A DNA stretch of 64,000 bases. Origin: Candidatus Micrarchaeota archaeon. Lineage in GTDB: Archaea; Micrarchaeota; Micrarchaeia; Micrarchaeales; Micrarchaeaceae. The notes below the pieces were generated by a model. It was not told the origin of the DNA, made no database searches, and was given only the letters and a program-made list of their open reading frames with translations. Positions within the stretch are counted from its first letter, which is position 1; each line of letters opens with the position of its first letter. Shown here piece by piece: positions 18,387 to 28,540 of the stretch. Location of the stretch: contig DAHWIF010000011.1 of assembly GCA_027345565.1 (NCBI GenBank), positions 1 through 64,000 on the forward strand, in the 5' to 3' direction. Both the position numbers and the translations under genes were made by a program.

Positions 18387-20012
18387 TCATTTGGTTATTG
18401 AAACGCTCTGCTCCCTCATGAACTGCTGCAGGTAGAACCTGCTTCCCGAGCCTTTTCCGTTCACGCTGCTTCCCTTCCACCCTACAAATGTATGCAGTCC
18501 AACTATCGCGCCTGTGGTAGCGCTGGTATCCCTGTTCATGTAGACCGTACCGGCCTGTATCTTCTCTATAAATTCGTTGATCTCCTTCCTCTTCTTTGTG
18601 TAAAGCCCTGCAGTAAGCCCATACTCTGTGTCGTTTGCCATCCTGAGTGCGTCGTCGAAGTTCCTGAATCCCTCAACAACGAGTATTGGTACAAACAGTT
18701 CGGTGTGCACCAGTTCGCTCTCGTTGCTCACCTCTATTATTGTCGGCTCTACGTAGTATCCGTCCAAGCCTATGTTGACCCTGTTGCCGCCATAGAGTAT
18801 CCTTCCTGTGGACTTCGCCTTCTCGACAGCGTCGCTATACGTTCTGAAGGCGTTGGCGCTTATCAGTGGCCCTAGATAAACATTTTTGCTTATGGGATTG
18901 CCTATCTTGAAGCTCCTTGCCTTCTCTATTAGCTTGCTGACGAACTGCTCCTTTATCGACTCATGGACATACACCCGAGAGCACGCACTGCACTTCTGGC
19001 CGCAGAAGCCGAAAGCGGCGCTCGCGATTCCGGATGCTGCCTCATCCAAATCCGCCCCTTTTGAGACTATCACGGGGTTCTTCCCGCCCATCTCGACTAT
19101 GAAGGTTTTCTGCAGGCGGTGCTCATACGCTTTCGTTATCATTCCGGTGCCTACCGCCCTGGATCCCGTGAAAACTATACCTGCCACACCTGGGTTTACA
19201 ACAAGCTCGTCGCCAATCTCTGAGCCAGGCCCGGACAGATAGTTGAATACGCCTGGCGGCACCCCTGCCTGCCTCATGTACTCATATATCTTTAGCCCAG
19301 TGAGCATCGTCATGCTATCCGATGACGATGGCTTGAATACGACAGTATTTCCTGTGACCATGGCGCCGGTGCTCATCCCAGTAGATATGGAAACGGGAAA
19401 ATTGAACGGCGCTATCACGCCGAACACGCCGAATGGCATCATCCTTATAGTAACCGTCTCTGATTTCGTAGAAGGTGCACCCTGGAACCCGGCGCTTACC
19501 TTTGCAGAGACCTGCTTTCGATGCATTCGCCTCAAAAAGCCCTTGTTCGCTTCCAATTCATCAGCATAGTACCTCATAAAGTCTATCGCCTCATCGACCT
19601 CGCCAATAGACTCGTACCTGGATTTCCCGTTCTCATAGCTCAGTATCGCGGCTAGCTCAAACTTGTTCTTCGAGAAGATAGCGGCTGCATTCCTGAATAT
19701 TGATGCCCTTTCCCTATAGCCTGTGGAGCTCCATGATGGAAGTGCATCAGCCGCGGCCCGTATTGCTTGCCTTGCGTGTTCTCTGGTTCCTTTTTGGAAG
19801 TACCCTATCACGCTTCCGTCTATGGGCGACTTTTCCGTGAGCGTTTCTGCCGCGAAGACCTCCCTGCCGCCTATATAGATGGGGTGCTTCCTGCCGAATT
19901 GTGCCTTTGCGCGCTGCGCTGCATCGTCGAAAAGCCTATCGAATTCGTCCTCCTTTCCAGACTCTATAAAACCCTTGTACGTGTACTCGTTCAAAAAAGC
20001 TGCCCTTGCCAT
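18387..20012 (-). CDS. Aldehyde dehydrogenase, 1-pyrroline-5-carboxylate dehydrogenase-like
   Basis: EAIDFMRYYA, APFNFP, FTGS, EMGGKN, FGFCGQKCSACSR, YGLTAG, TGAIVG. Confidence 0.9.
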   Translation of the reverse strand: MARAAFLNEYTYKGFIESGKEDEFDRLFDDAAQRAKAQFGRKHPIYIGGREVFAAETLTEKSPIDGSVIGYFQKGTREHARQAIRAAADALPSWSSTGYRERASIFRNAAAIFSKNKFELAAILSYENGKSRYESIGEVDEAIDFMRYYADELEANKGFLRRMHRKQVSAKVSAGFQGAPSTKSETVTIRMMPFGVFGVIAPFNFPVSISTGMSTGAMVTGNTVVFKPSSSDSMTMLTGLKIYEYMRQAGVPPGVFNYLSGPGSEIGDELVVNPGVAGIVFTGSRAVGTGMITKAYEHRLQKTFIVEMGGKNPVIVSKGADLDEAASGIASAAFGFCGQKCSACSRVYVHESIKEQFVSKLIEKARSFKIGNPISKNVYLGPLISANAFRTYSDAVEKAKSTGRILYGGNRVNIGLDGYYVEPTIIEVSNESELVHTELFVPILVVEGFRNFDDALRMANDTEYGLTAGLYTKKRKEINEFIEKIQAGTVYMNRDTSATTGAIVGLHTFVGWKGSSVNGKGSGSRFYLQQFMREQSVSITK

Positions 20013-20155
20013 GTGACCATCCGAACCAGAAACCCCTTAAGTACACTATCTGATACGAATCCTTATATTGCTTTTAGTTTTGTGGAAGTGTCAATAGTTG
20101 TAAATCGTTGCATGGTTTATATCGGTAGTTTTTAAATACTATGGAACAGCTATAG

Positions 20156-20174
20156 ATTATAACTGAGTTATAAT
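20156..20174. promoter_or_regulatory. 9-1-9 inverted repeat ATTATAACT-G-AGTTATAAT, candidate suf operator
   Basis: Perfect arms, located between a TTTTTAAATA TATA-like box (~20129-20138) and the sufB start. Confidence 0.6.
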
Positions 20175-20185
20175 TAGTGTTTATT

Positions 20186-22681
20186 ATGGCTGGAAACGAG
20201 AACGAACTGCTGGGATACGCGGACGAGGAGTACAAGGAGCGCTATGGCTTCAGCGACAAGACCGAGTACGCTTACAAAACAAGGAAAGGGCTGGACGAGG
20301 ACGTAGTGAGGGAGATATCCAAGATCAAGGGCGAACCTGACTGGATGCTCGAGAAGAGGCTTACCGGATACAAAGTCTTCAAGAACAAGCCTATCCCGAC
20401 ATGGGGCGCCGACCTGAGTGGAATAGACTTCGACGACGTTTACTACTATCTCAAGCCTGGGGGCAAGAAGGAGGATTCATGGGACAAAGTGCCGGAGGAC
20501 ATAAAGAAAACATTTGACAAGCTTGGCATACCTGAGGCCGAAAGGAAGTTCTTCTCCGGTGCGGAGATACAGTACGATTCTGAAGTCGTATACGGCCACG
20601 TGAAGAAAGAGTTGGAGAAACAAGGTGTCATTTTCACGGACACGGATTCTGCGGTAAAGAAGTATCCAGAACTTATGAGGAAATATTTCGGCACAGTAAT
20701 ACCGCCGACAGACAATAAGTTTGCTGCATTGAATACTGCAGTTTGGTCTGGTGGCTCGACAATCTACGTGCCGAGGGGCGTCAAGGTTGCAATGCCACTT
20801 CAAGCGTATTTCAGGATAAACGCAGAGAAAGCAGGGCAGTTCGAAAGAACATTAATCATAGCAGATGAAGGCGCGGATGTGACGTATATTGAAGGTTGCC
20901 TGCCAGCCGATGAACTTGTGAGCAGAGGAGATACATTCGGGAGGATTGATGAAATAAAAACCGGGGATAGTGTACCTACACATGTTGGTGACATGCACAA
21001 GGTAAAACAGACATTCATACACCCACATAAGGGCACTATGTTGGAAGTGTTGCCGCTTTCGAAAGGTAACGGATTTAAGTTAACTGGGGAACATCCCGTC
21101 CTCTGCATAAAGAGGAACAAGGTGCTTGCAAGGAGGAGACTTAGGAAAAACTGGAAACCAGAAGTATCATCGGACCTATTGCTAAAAACAGAACCAGAAT
21201 TTATCAAGGCGGACGATTTGGAAGAGGGGGACTTTATTGTTTATGTGGCGCCTGCATACCGTCAAGACGACCAAGGTTTTGATGCAACTATTCTAAGGAT
21301 ACTGGGACTTTACCTTGCTGAAGGTTCAGTTACCCATAACAGAGCACTTAGAGGCATAAAAAGCGTTTCATTCAGCTTTGGAAAGAGCAGGAAGGAGGCA
21401 CACCTAGCTGCAGAACTGAACTCACTCATACACGAGAAAGGTTGGAAGAGTAGCATGTGCAGATCAAAAGGCGGCTATTATATAGTAAGTTCATATGCAA
21501 AAGAACTCATAGAATTGTGCGAAAGCAACTGTGGAAAGGGGGCAGCATCAAAAGTGCTTTCCAAGAAGATAATGGCGCTCCCACCAGAAAAGCAAAAGGT
21601 GCTAATTGATTCCTACTGGTTAGGCGACGGTAGCGTTTATGTGCGTTCTGGGAAAAAACTAATGCGTGCATCTACAGCAAGCAAATTCTTGGCTTATCAA
21701 ATACAGGAAGTATTAGCTAGAGGTGGAATCTTTGCAAACCTTAACATAAGGAAAGGGTCTGCTGATGTTATTTTGGGGAGAAAGATAGTGCGGGGAGATC
21801 AATACATAATAGAGTACACTGAAGATAAAGAGATGGGTGAGGTAAGAAGTAGGGGTAACCAGTACTTTGTCCCGATAAAGCAGATTAAAAGACATGCGTT
21901 TGATGGCCCAGTGTATAATTTTGGAGTAGAAAAAGATGAGTCCTATCTTGTAAAGGGATTTGCGGTACATAATTGTACAGCGCCTATCTACATGAGCTCC
22001 TCGCTGCACTCTGCCGTAGTCGAGATAATCGTGCACAAGGACGCACACGTTAGATACGTTACAATACAGAACTGGTCGAGGAATGTATATAATCTTGTCA
22101 CGCAGCGTGCATATGCATATGAGAATGCGCACATGGAGTGGATCGATGCAAATATCGGTAGCAAAGTAAATGAAAAGTATCCGAGTGTGTACTTAAAAGG
22201 CAGAGGAGCAAGGGGCGAAATCCTCTCTGTTGCTGTTGCGGGTGAGAACCAGGTCCAGGACTCCGGGGGCAAGATGTTGCACCTCGCGCCGGATACAACC
22301 TCGAAAATAATATCCAAGAGCGTTTCGAAGAAGAACGGTGTTTCATCGTATAGGGGGCAACTTTACATAGCTAGGAATGCCGCCAACGTGAAAAGCACCG
22401 TCCGTTGCGACGCGTTGCTACTGAACAAGGAGTCGAAGACCAACACTTATCCTTACATGGACATACAACGGGAAGACGCAACGATAACACACGAGGCTGC
22501 TGTAGGAAAAATTGGCGAAGAGCAGCTCTTCTACCTTATGTCGCGCGGCCTCACAGAAGAGGAGGCGCTAACCACCGTGGTGCTTGGCTTCCTTGATCCG
22601 CTAACTAAGGCCCTCCCTATGGAGTACTCAGTGGAGCTAAGGAGACTTATAAAACTGGACACCACTGGCTCTGTTGCGTAG
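20186..22681 (+). CDS. sufB: Fe-S cluster assembly protein SufB, intein-containing
   Basis: IPEAERKF, QYDSE, NKFAALN, PLQAYFRIN, GQFERTLII, EG|CTAP, LHSAVVE, SKTNTYPY, HEAAVGKI. Confidence 0.97.
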   Translation: MAGNENELLGYADEEYKERYGFSDKTEYAYKTRKGLDEDVVREISKIKGEPDWMLEKRLTGYKVFKNKPIPTWGADLSGIDFDDVYYYLKPGGKKEDSWDKVPEDIKKTFDKLGIPEAERKFFSGAEIQYDSEVVYGHVKKELEKQGVIFTDTDSAVKKYPELMRKYFGTVIPPTDNKFAALNTAVWSGGSTIYVPRGVKVAMPLQAYFRINAEKAGQFERTLIIADEGADVTYIEGCLPADELVSRGDTFGRIDEIKTGDSVPTHVGDMHKVKQTFIHPHKGTMLEVLPLSKGNGFKLTGEHPVLCIKRNKVLARRRLRKNWKPEVSSDLLLKTEPEFIKADDLEEGDFIVYVAPAYRQDDQGFDATILRILGLYLAEGSVTHNRALRGIKSVSFSFGKSRKEAHLAAELNSLIHEKGWKSSMCRSKGGYYIVSSYAKELIELCESNCGKGAASKVLSKKIMALPPEKQKVLIDSYWLGDGSVYVRSGKKLMRASTASKFLAYQIQEVLARGGIFANLNIRKGSADVILGRKIVRGDQYIIEYTEDKEMGEVRSRGNQYFVPIKQIKRHAFDGPVYNFGVEKDESYLVKGFAVHNCTAPIYMSSSLHSAVVEIIVHKDAHVRYVTIQNWSRNVYNLVTQRAYAYENAHMEWIDANIGSKVNEKYPSVYLKGRGARGEILSVAVAGENQVQDSGGKMLHLAPDTTSKIISKSVSKKNGVSSYRGQLYIARNAANVKSTVRCDALLLNKESKTNTYPYMDIQREDATITHEAAVGKIGEEQLFYLMSRGLTEEEALTTVVLGFLDPLTKALPMEYSVELRRLIKLDTTGSVA
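20897..21973 (+). mobile_element. Intein (359 aa) with LAGLIDADG homing endonuclease, in SufB
   Basis: Begins CLPAD after YIEG; block B LTGEHP; LGLYLAEG and IDSYWLGDG endonuclease motifs; block F VYNFGVE; ends VHN followed by Cys+1. Confidence 0.95.
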
Positions 22682-22689
22682 GTGATGAC

Positions 22690-23985
22690 TTGTATCCTTA
22701 CGGGCTTTTTGCTGAAGACGCGATTCTGAGGTACAAGGAGCTGCCGGAAGAGCAGAACGAGCTCTACAAGAAAGAGTTTGTTAGTCTTAGCCCGGAGCAT
22801 CTTCTTGACATTTATCAAAACAGGGCGATTGCTCCAGACACACCTGCCAACTTGTATGCGGTGACTAAGTCTCTGTTCATCAACGGGGAAATAAGGTTCG
22901 ACGTGATAATTGGGGGTAGTTGCCATGTCGTAAACCCAAATGCGAGATATGTTACGGTGCTGCCAGTATCTGATATTAAGATTGACGCGCTGGACAGCAA
23001 GCTGTACAAGAGCTCTGAAGACAAGTTTGCGGCGCTTGTACACGCGTTTACAAAGGAGCTAGTGCTCATAGATGTTCCGAAGGGCGTGAAGGCGAAGATT
23101 AACTTGCTTTTCCTCAACCTCGCAGCCCCGCTTGCCACACAGGTGATAATAAACACGGGCGAGGAATCCGAGCTCGACATACTTGAGTGGTACGCATCAT
23201 CTACGAAAACGGACTCTGCGAGCGGAGTGATGCACGAGGGCAAGGTAGGCGCGTATTCGAACGTTAGCATAGACGCTATACACAATGAGGACAGGAACAC
23301 CGTTGTTGTCGGATTATCAAAATACAACATAAGCAACAATGCGAACCTCAGACTGAATTATTTCTATAACGGTGGTTCGAGCTCACGTGCCAAGAACCGC
23401 TTTGCAGCTACGGGATACGAAGGCTCGGTCCATGTGAACGAGCTTACCTTCGGCTCTGCGAAACAGAAATTCGATGTAACCAGCAACATAGAGAATGCTG
23501 CGCCGTCGACAACCGCGGAGCTTCATTCCAGAGCAGTGCTCATGGGCGAGTCGCGCTGCATTATGAAGGGTTTTGCAAAGATACCGTTCGGATCGAAGAA
23601 CGCGCGGTCTTTCGTCCATGAATCTGGCATGCTGCTTGATAAGAGCGCATACCTCAATTCCATGCCGGCTATGTCTATAGACGAGAACGAGGTGAAGGCT
23701 ACGCACGCTTCTGCGACAGGGCCGATAGACGACGAGCTGATATTCTATCTGATGTCAAAGGGGCTTGACGAGCACAATGCAAAGAAACTGATTGTGGAGG
23801 GCTTTTTCTCCAGCTCGATTGGCAGGTTCAAGAACATCAATGCAAAACTGGCTGGCGCGTCGCTTATAGCAGAGAAGATGGCCAATGGCAGCTTCGGGAA
23901 TCCCCTGAAGCTCTCAATGGAGAACATATGGGTAGGCCGAGAGAACGAGGAGGACATATTCAAGGGCCACTACAAATACAGATGA
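22690..23985 (+). CDS. sufD: SufD
   Basis: SufBD beta-helix C-terminus (NSMPAMSIDENEVKATHASATGPID, FYLMSKG); GGTGA ribosome-binding site before the TTG start. Confidence 0.9.
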   Translation: MYPYGLFAEDAILRYKELPEEQNELYKKEFVSLSPEHLLDIYQNRAIAPDTPANLYAVTKSLFINGEIRFDVIIGGSCHVVNPNARYVTVLPVSDIKIDALDSKLYKSSEDKFAALVHAFTKELVLIDVPKGVKAKINLLFLNLAAPLATQVIINTGEESELDILEWYASSTKTDSASGVMHEGKVGAYSNVSIDAIHNEDRNTVVVGLSKYNISNNANLRLNYFYNGGSSSRAKNRFAATGYEGSVHVNELTFGSAKQKFDVTSNIENAAPSTTAELHSRAVLMGESRCIMKGFAKIPFGSKNARSFVHESGMLLDKSAYLNSMPAMSIDENEVKATHASATGPIDDELIFYLMSKGLDEHNAKKLIVEGFFSSSIGRFKNINAKLAGASLIAEKMANGSFGNPLKLSMENIWVGRENEEDIFKGHYKYR

Positions 23986-23989
23986 TATT

Positions 23990-24310
23990 ATGCGGACAAA
24001 CTACGAGATTGCGCTGGGCGAGTTCATGCCTGCATTCCGCGCAAAGGCGGCGCGGCTCATGATAAGCAAATACGGGATTAGCCAGCAAAGGGCCGCAGAG
24101 CTGCTCGGGCTCACCCAAGCATCGATAAGCAAGTACGTGAACAGGCATTACTCGGATGCTGTGAAAGGAACCGAGTCGGACATAAGCGACTCTATGGTGG
24201 ATGCTTTCATACAGGAGATAATTGGTTCGCGCGAAAAAGAGGCGCAGGGGCACATGTGCAAGGCATGTCAGAAGTACCACAGGTTCGACTGCGCAATAAT
24301 GGTAAAATAG
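23990..24310 (+). CDS. HTH transcriptional regulator with C-terminal Cys motif
   Basis: GISQQRAAELLGLTQASISKY helix-turn-helix; C-terminal HMCKACQKYHRFDC. Confidence 0.85.
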   Translation: MRTNYEIALGEFMPAFRAKAARLMISKYGISQQRAAELLGLTQASISKYVNRHYSDAVKGTESDISDSMVDAFIQEIIGSREKEAQGHMCKACQKYHRFDCAIMVK

Positions 24311-24318
24311 GTGATAGA

Positions 24319-25056
24319 ATGATTCTGGAAGTGAAGGACCTGCACGTGCCCATAGAGGGCAAGGAAGTTATAGACGGCGTTAGCCTCAGGGTAAACCAGG
24401 GTGAAACCCATGTAATAATGGGGCACAATGGTTCCGGGAAGACAACATTGGCAAAGACGATAATGGGATATCCGAAGCTGAAGCCGAGCTCTGGCGACAT
24501 ACTCATAGACGGGCAGAGCATACTTGCTTTGACTCCTGACAAAAGGGCAAAGCTCGGGATCTTTTTGGGGTTCCAAAACCCTGTCGAGGTGGAAGGTGTG
24601 GGATTCATAAACTTCCTGCATAGCGCAAAGGAAGCGGTAGCCTCTAGCGTTAACACCAAGGAGCTCATGACCGACATACGGACGAGTGCAGTGGGGCTGA
24701 AGATGGTAGACAATCTAATAGGGAGGTCGCTCAATCAGGGGTTCTCCGGAGGCGAGAAGAAGAAGGCAGAAGTGCTCCAGATGGGGGTCCTTAGGCCTAA
24801 AATCGCGATACTCGACGAGCCTGACTCCGGCCTAGACATAGACGCGGTTAAGGTCGTGGCTGAGAACATAAACGAGTTCGCGAAGAGGAACAACATGGGC
24901 ATCGTGATAATAACGCACTACAGCCGCATACTCAACTACATGAACCCCCAGTTCGTCCATGTGATGGCAAATGGGAAGATCGTAGCGGAGGGCGGCAAGG
25001 AGCTGATAGAAAAGCTTGAAAAGGAGGGATACGAGTCCTTCACTAATGGCAAGTGA
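24319..25056 (+). CDS. sufC: Fe-S assembly ATPase SufC
   Basis: GHNGSGKT, FQNPVE, GFSGGEKKK, ILDEPDSGLD, ITHY. Confidence 0.96.
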   Translation: MILEVKDLHVPIEGKEVIDGVSLRVNQGETHVIMGHNGSGKTTLAKTIMGYPKLKPSSGDILIDGQSILALTPDKRAKLGIFLGFQNPVEVEGVGFINFLHSAKEAVASSVNTKELMTDIRTSAVGLKMVDNLIGRSLNQGFSGGEKKKAEVLQMGVLRPKIAILDEPDSGLDIDAVKVVAENINEFAKRNNMGIVIITHYSRILNYMNPQFVHVMANGKIVAEGGKELIEKLEKEGYESFTNGK

Positions 25057-26320
25057 TGCCTTGGCTAAAGATTCCGAGAAACTGGACGTGGCTGCGATAA
25101 AGAGGGACTTCCCGATATTAAAGATAAAGGTGAATGGGAAGCCGCTGGTCTATCTTGACAGCGCTGCTACGTCGCAGAAGCCACGACAGGTAATCGATGC
25201 CATCTACAGGTATTATACCGAGTACAACGCAAACATACACCGCGGCGTATACCAGATAGCTGAAAGGGCTACCGAGGAGTACACAGATTCGAAGATGAAG
25301 GTTGCGAAGCTAGTCGGGGCACAGGGGATCGAGAATATAATCTATGTGAGGAATACAACAGAGGCGATAAACCTTGTTGCGCTCTCTTGGGGTGACCAGA
25401 ACATCAAGAGAGGGGATCACATACTGATATCGGAGATGGAACACCACAGCAACATAGTGCCGTGGCAGATACTAGCGAAAAAGAAGGGCGCTGTTCTGGA
25501 TTACATAAAACTAGACAACGAGAAGTGTGGGCTTTCCTATAGCAGCCTTGAAGAGGAGCTAGAAAAGAACCCAAAGGTTGTCGCTTTCGCCCATGTGTCA
25601 AACGTGCTCGGGAGCATAAACGATGCGAGGAGGATAACAAAGATGGCGAAAGACGCAGGCGCAATGGTGCTGGTTGATGGCGCACAGGCTGTGCCGCACA
25701 TGCCCGTAGATGTGAGCAGCATAGGCTGCGATTTCTATGCCTTCTCAGGTCACAAGATGCTCGGCCCAACAGGCATAGGCGTCCTATATGGTAGGAAAGA
25801 ACTGCTCGAGGAGATGCCTCCCCTCTTCGGAGGCGGAGACATGATAAGGAGTGTTGATTTCCACTCATACACGCCGAACGACCTGCCGTGGAAGTTTGAG
25901 GCAGGCACCTCCAACATAGAGGGGGGCATAGCGCTTGGAACAGCCGTAGATTACCTGAACGGGATAGGCATGCAGTTGATAAGAGAACATGAGAAAAATG
26001 TGACAAAGTACGCTTTGGAGGCATTGCAAGGAATAAAGAACGTTGCTGTGTTCGGGTGTAGCATCGATGAGATTGGTAAACGCGGCGGAGTGGTATCGTT
26101 CTCGATAAAGGGCGTGCATCCCCACGATGTCGCCAGCATATTCGACAGGGGTGGTATAGCGATACGCGCTGGCCACCACTGCGCCATGCCATTGGTGACA
26201 GGCGTGCTTGGCGAAGGGGCGCTTTCAAGGATGAGCTTCTACATCTACAACGACGAAAGCGATATAGACAAGGCGGTTGCCGCCATAGGCAACGTGAAGC
26301 GGATATTCAAGGTAAGCTAA
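25046..26320 (+). CDS. sufS: Cysteine desulfurase SufS
   Basis: YLDSAATSQKP, MEHHSN, SGHKMLGPTGIG, RAGHHCA. Confidence 0.97.
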   Translation: MASDALAKDSEKLDVAAIKRDFPILKIKVNGKPLVYLDSAATSQKPRQVIDAIYRYYTEYNANIHRGVYQIAERATEEYTDSKMKVAKLVGAQGIENIIYVRNTTEAINLVALSWGDQNIKRGDHILISEMEHHSNIVPWQILAKKKGAVLDYIKLDNEKCGLSYSSLEEELEKNPKVVAFAHVSNVLGSINDARRITKMAKDAGAMVLVDGAQAVPHMPVDVSSIGCDFYAFSGHKMLGPTGIGVLYGRKELLEEMPPLFGGGDMIRSVDFHSYTPNDLPWKFEAGTSNIEGGIALGTAVDYLNGIGMQLIREHEKNVTKYALEALQGIKNVAVFGCSIDEIGKRGGVVSFSIKGVHPHDVASIFDRGGIAIRAGHHCAMPLVTGVLGEGALSRMSFYIYNDESDIDKAVAAIGNVKRIFKVS

Positions 26321-26709
26321 TGCCGATGGACATATATGTAGAGGAGATAATATCGCACTACGAGCACCCGCACAATAAGAGGAAGATAGCGGATGCAGAT
26401 ACGAGCTTTCATGACGACAACCCATTGTGCGGCGACGAGATGACAATGTACATCAAGGTTAAGGATGGCAGGATAGCTGATATATCATTCGACGGCTCCG
26501 GATGCGCGATAAGCCAGGCGACCGCCAGCATGCTTACAGATCTTGTCAAGGGCATGCCTGTTGAAGAGGCGAAGGGGGTGGATTATGCCAGGGTGAAAGA
26601 GCTAATTGGAATAGACCCCGGGCCTGCGAGGATGCATTGCGCCACGCTGCCGCTCAAGACCCTTGCTGGCTGCATCTTTATTTACGAACACAGGAAGAGC
26701 CGTGGCTAG
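26320..26709 (+). CDS. sufU: SufU / NifU-like protein
   Basis: NPLCGD, GCAISQA, RMHCA. Confidence 0.93.
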   Translation: MPMDIYVEEIISHYEHPHNKRKIADADTSFHDDNPLCGDEMTMYIKVKDGRIADISFDGSGCAISQATASMLTDLVKGMPVEEAKGVDYARVKELIGIDPGPARMHCATLPLKTLAGCIFIYEHRKSRG

Positions 26710-27176
26710 GTCGCGCCGATTGAGACCCGTCCCAGTATGGCGGTGCTTGGAGCCGTCTCGATCACATACTGGCCTTCGCTGCATATAACCTGCTTCGAGT
26801 ATGGGGTGCCGATATACGTGTATGCTGGATAGCCGCTTTGGTTGAGCCATGTCTGCCTTAGCGGTATCTGAGTATTCTTCATCCAAAAACACAGGTCTGT
26901 CTGGTTCTGGAACGCAAAAAGCATTCCGATGCACGGAATATACGCGTCGCAGTTGCCCAAGGCGGTTGCATTCATGTAACCTTCCTCCTGCAATGCGGGG
27001 GTGTTCGCGAGGTATGCATAATATGTTGTGTTTGATATAACTATAGAAACTACCCCGAAACGTTCGTTCAACGTCGCTGCGTCAACCGTTGTGGCCCTTG
27101 CCTGCAGAAAAAAATATGCGACAATCGCCACGACGGCGATTGCGGTTATGACAATGACGGGATATTTGTTTCCCAC
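26706..27176 (-). CDS. DUF192 family protein with N-terminal membrane anchor
   Basis: GMLFAF, FWMKNTQIPL, YVIET; N-terminal TM. Confidence 0.8.
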   Translation of the reverse strand: MGNKYPVIVITAIAVVAIVAYFFLQARATTVDAATLNERFGVVSIVISNTTYYAYLANTPALQEEGYMNATALGNCDAYIPCIGMLFAFQNQTDLCFWMKNTQIPLRQTWLNQSGYPAYTYIGTPYSKQVICSEGQYVIETAPSTAILGRVSIGAT

Positions 27177-27180
27177 TTAC

Positions 27181-28038
27181 TCACACAACTATGAGATACG
27201 CAGCGACTATCATAACTGCAGATAGGGCCAGCTTCATTTTGACACCCTTCTCATTGAATACCGCACCAGAGAGCATGACGACCATGATTACGTTCACTAC
27301 ATTTCTCATAGGGGATACGATGCTGATTGGTGCCTGCGAAACGGCGGCGTAGTACAGGACCCTGTATGCTATTGTTAGAACCGCAATCAGGAGCGTAGGT
27401 TTCCAGAATTTCCTTATGTTCCTTTTGATCTCATTCCTATTGCTGTGGTAGTACCTTGAGATTACGAAGAGGTTGAGGGCCATGAACATCTCTATGAGGA
27501 AAAGCGCGGTGTAAACGCTTACGCCGTATAGGACGTATTTCAGCATTATCGCGCCGGAGGCCATGAGGACCACTATGACTGCCATCAGGTATGGGTACCT
27601 TTTGCTGTATTTCGCCGTTGCAGGCCTGCTTCCGAACAGCAGGAAGAACGTTGTCGTAAGGAGCAATGCTATGCCTATGTACTGGATATAACTCAGCTTC
27701 TCTCCGAGGATCATATATGCCGCTACAACGGTTAGCGCCTGCGGGGCTGTGCTCATGATTGGTGTAGATACCGATATGTTGGCGTGCTTGTACGCCCTCG
27801 CCGTGAGCCAGTAGCTAACTGATGATGTGATGCCGACCGCAAACAGGACGACCCAGTCAAAAGCGCTTATGTTAAAGTTTGCGAAAGGGAGGAATACCAA
27901 GGCAAGCGAAGCGATGAAGATGGTGGTTATCGTGCTGTATGCAAGCGCATGCTCCCGTTTTAATGTCCTCTTCTCCACTATGGACACTATGCCAATGAGG
28001 AAAGAAGACAATATGATGAGATAATACCATTCCGACAT
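27181..28038 (-). CDS. EamA/DMT family transporter
   Basis: About 10 TMs in two repeats; ILGEKL and VFNEK motifs. Confidence 0.88.
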   Translation of the reverse strand: MSEWYYLIILSSFLIGIVSIVEKRTLKREHALAYSTITTIFIASLALVFLPFANFNISAFDWVVLFAVGITSSVSYWLTARAYKHANISVSTPIMSTAPQALTVVAAYMILGEKLSYIQYIGIALLLTTTFFLLFGSRPATAKYSKRYPYLMAVIVVLMASGAIMLKYVLYGVSVYTALFLIEMFMALNLFVISRYYHSNRNEIKRNIRKFWKPTLLIAVLTIAYRVLYYAAVSQAPISIVSPMRNVVNVIMVVMLSGAVFNEKGVKMKLALSAVMIVAAYLIVV

Positions 28039-28153
28039 TCAATCCTCTGGCTTCAGAGACTCTCTTATCATCACAGATCAGAAATACCTCGTCTCATCAC
28101 AAGGTTATAGAAGTAAAGAATCTAATTAAGCTTTGCCGTTTGACCATGATAGG

Positions 28154-28487
28154 TTAATAGCTGTTTGAGACGTCCATTGCATAGAGCTCGTGGCTTATTC
28201 TGCGCCTTTGCCATGCTGGCAGGCCATTCTTACGCCTTGGTAGGGTTATTTTGTGGTCAGATACAACGCCATCGTGGTCTTGGAGCAGCCTGACGAACTT
28301 GCCCTGCCTGAACGTCAGTGCGATATCCAGAGGTGTTCTGCCCAATATATCTCTTACATTCGGGTTAGCCCCTAGCTCAAGCATGTCGGCGCCCATTTTG
28401 TAATAGCCATGGTATGCAGCTATGTGCAAACCGCCGTGAAGCCACGCTTTTGTAGTCTTTTGTAATATTTATACCTAGTCTCGCCAT
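28154..28487 (-). pseudogene. Ankyrin-repeat protein, short or frameshifted
   Basis: LHIAAYHG...LGANPNVRDILGRTPLDIA in 28154-28429; in-frame stop at ~28469; the upstream ATG (28487) is 1 nt out of frame. Confidence 0.55.
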
Positions 28488-28540
28488 GGAGTTTGCTTTT
28501 CCGTCTACGCTCTCGCTGGCTCTATGCTGTTGCCCCTACG

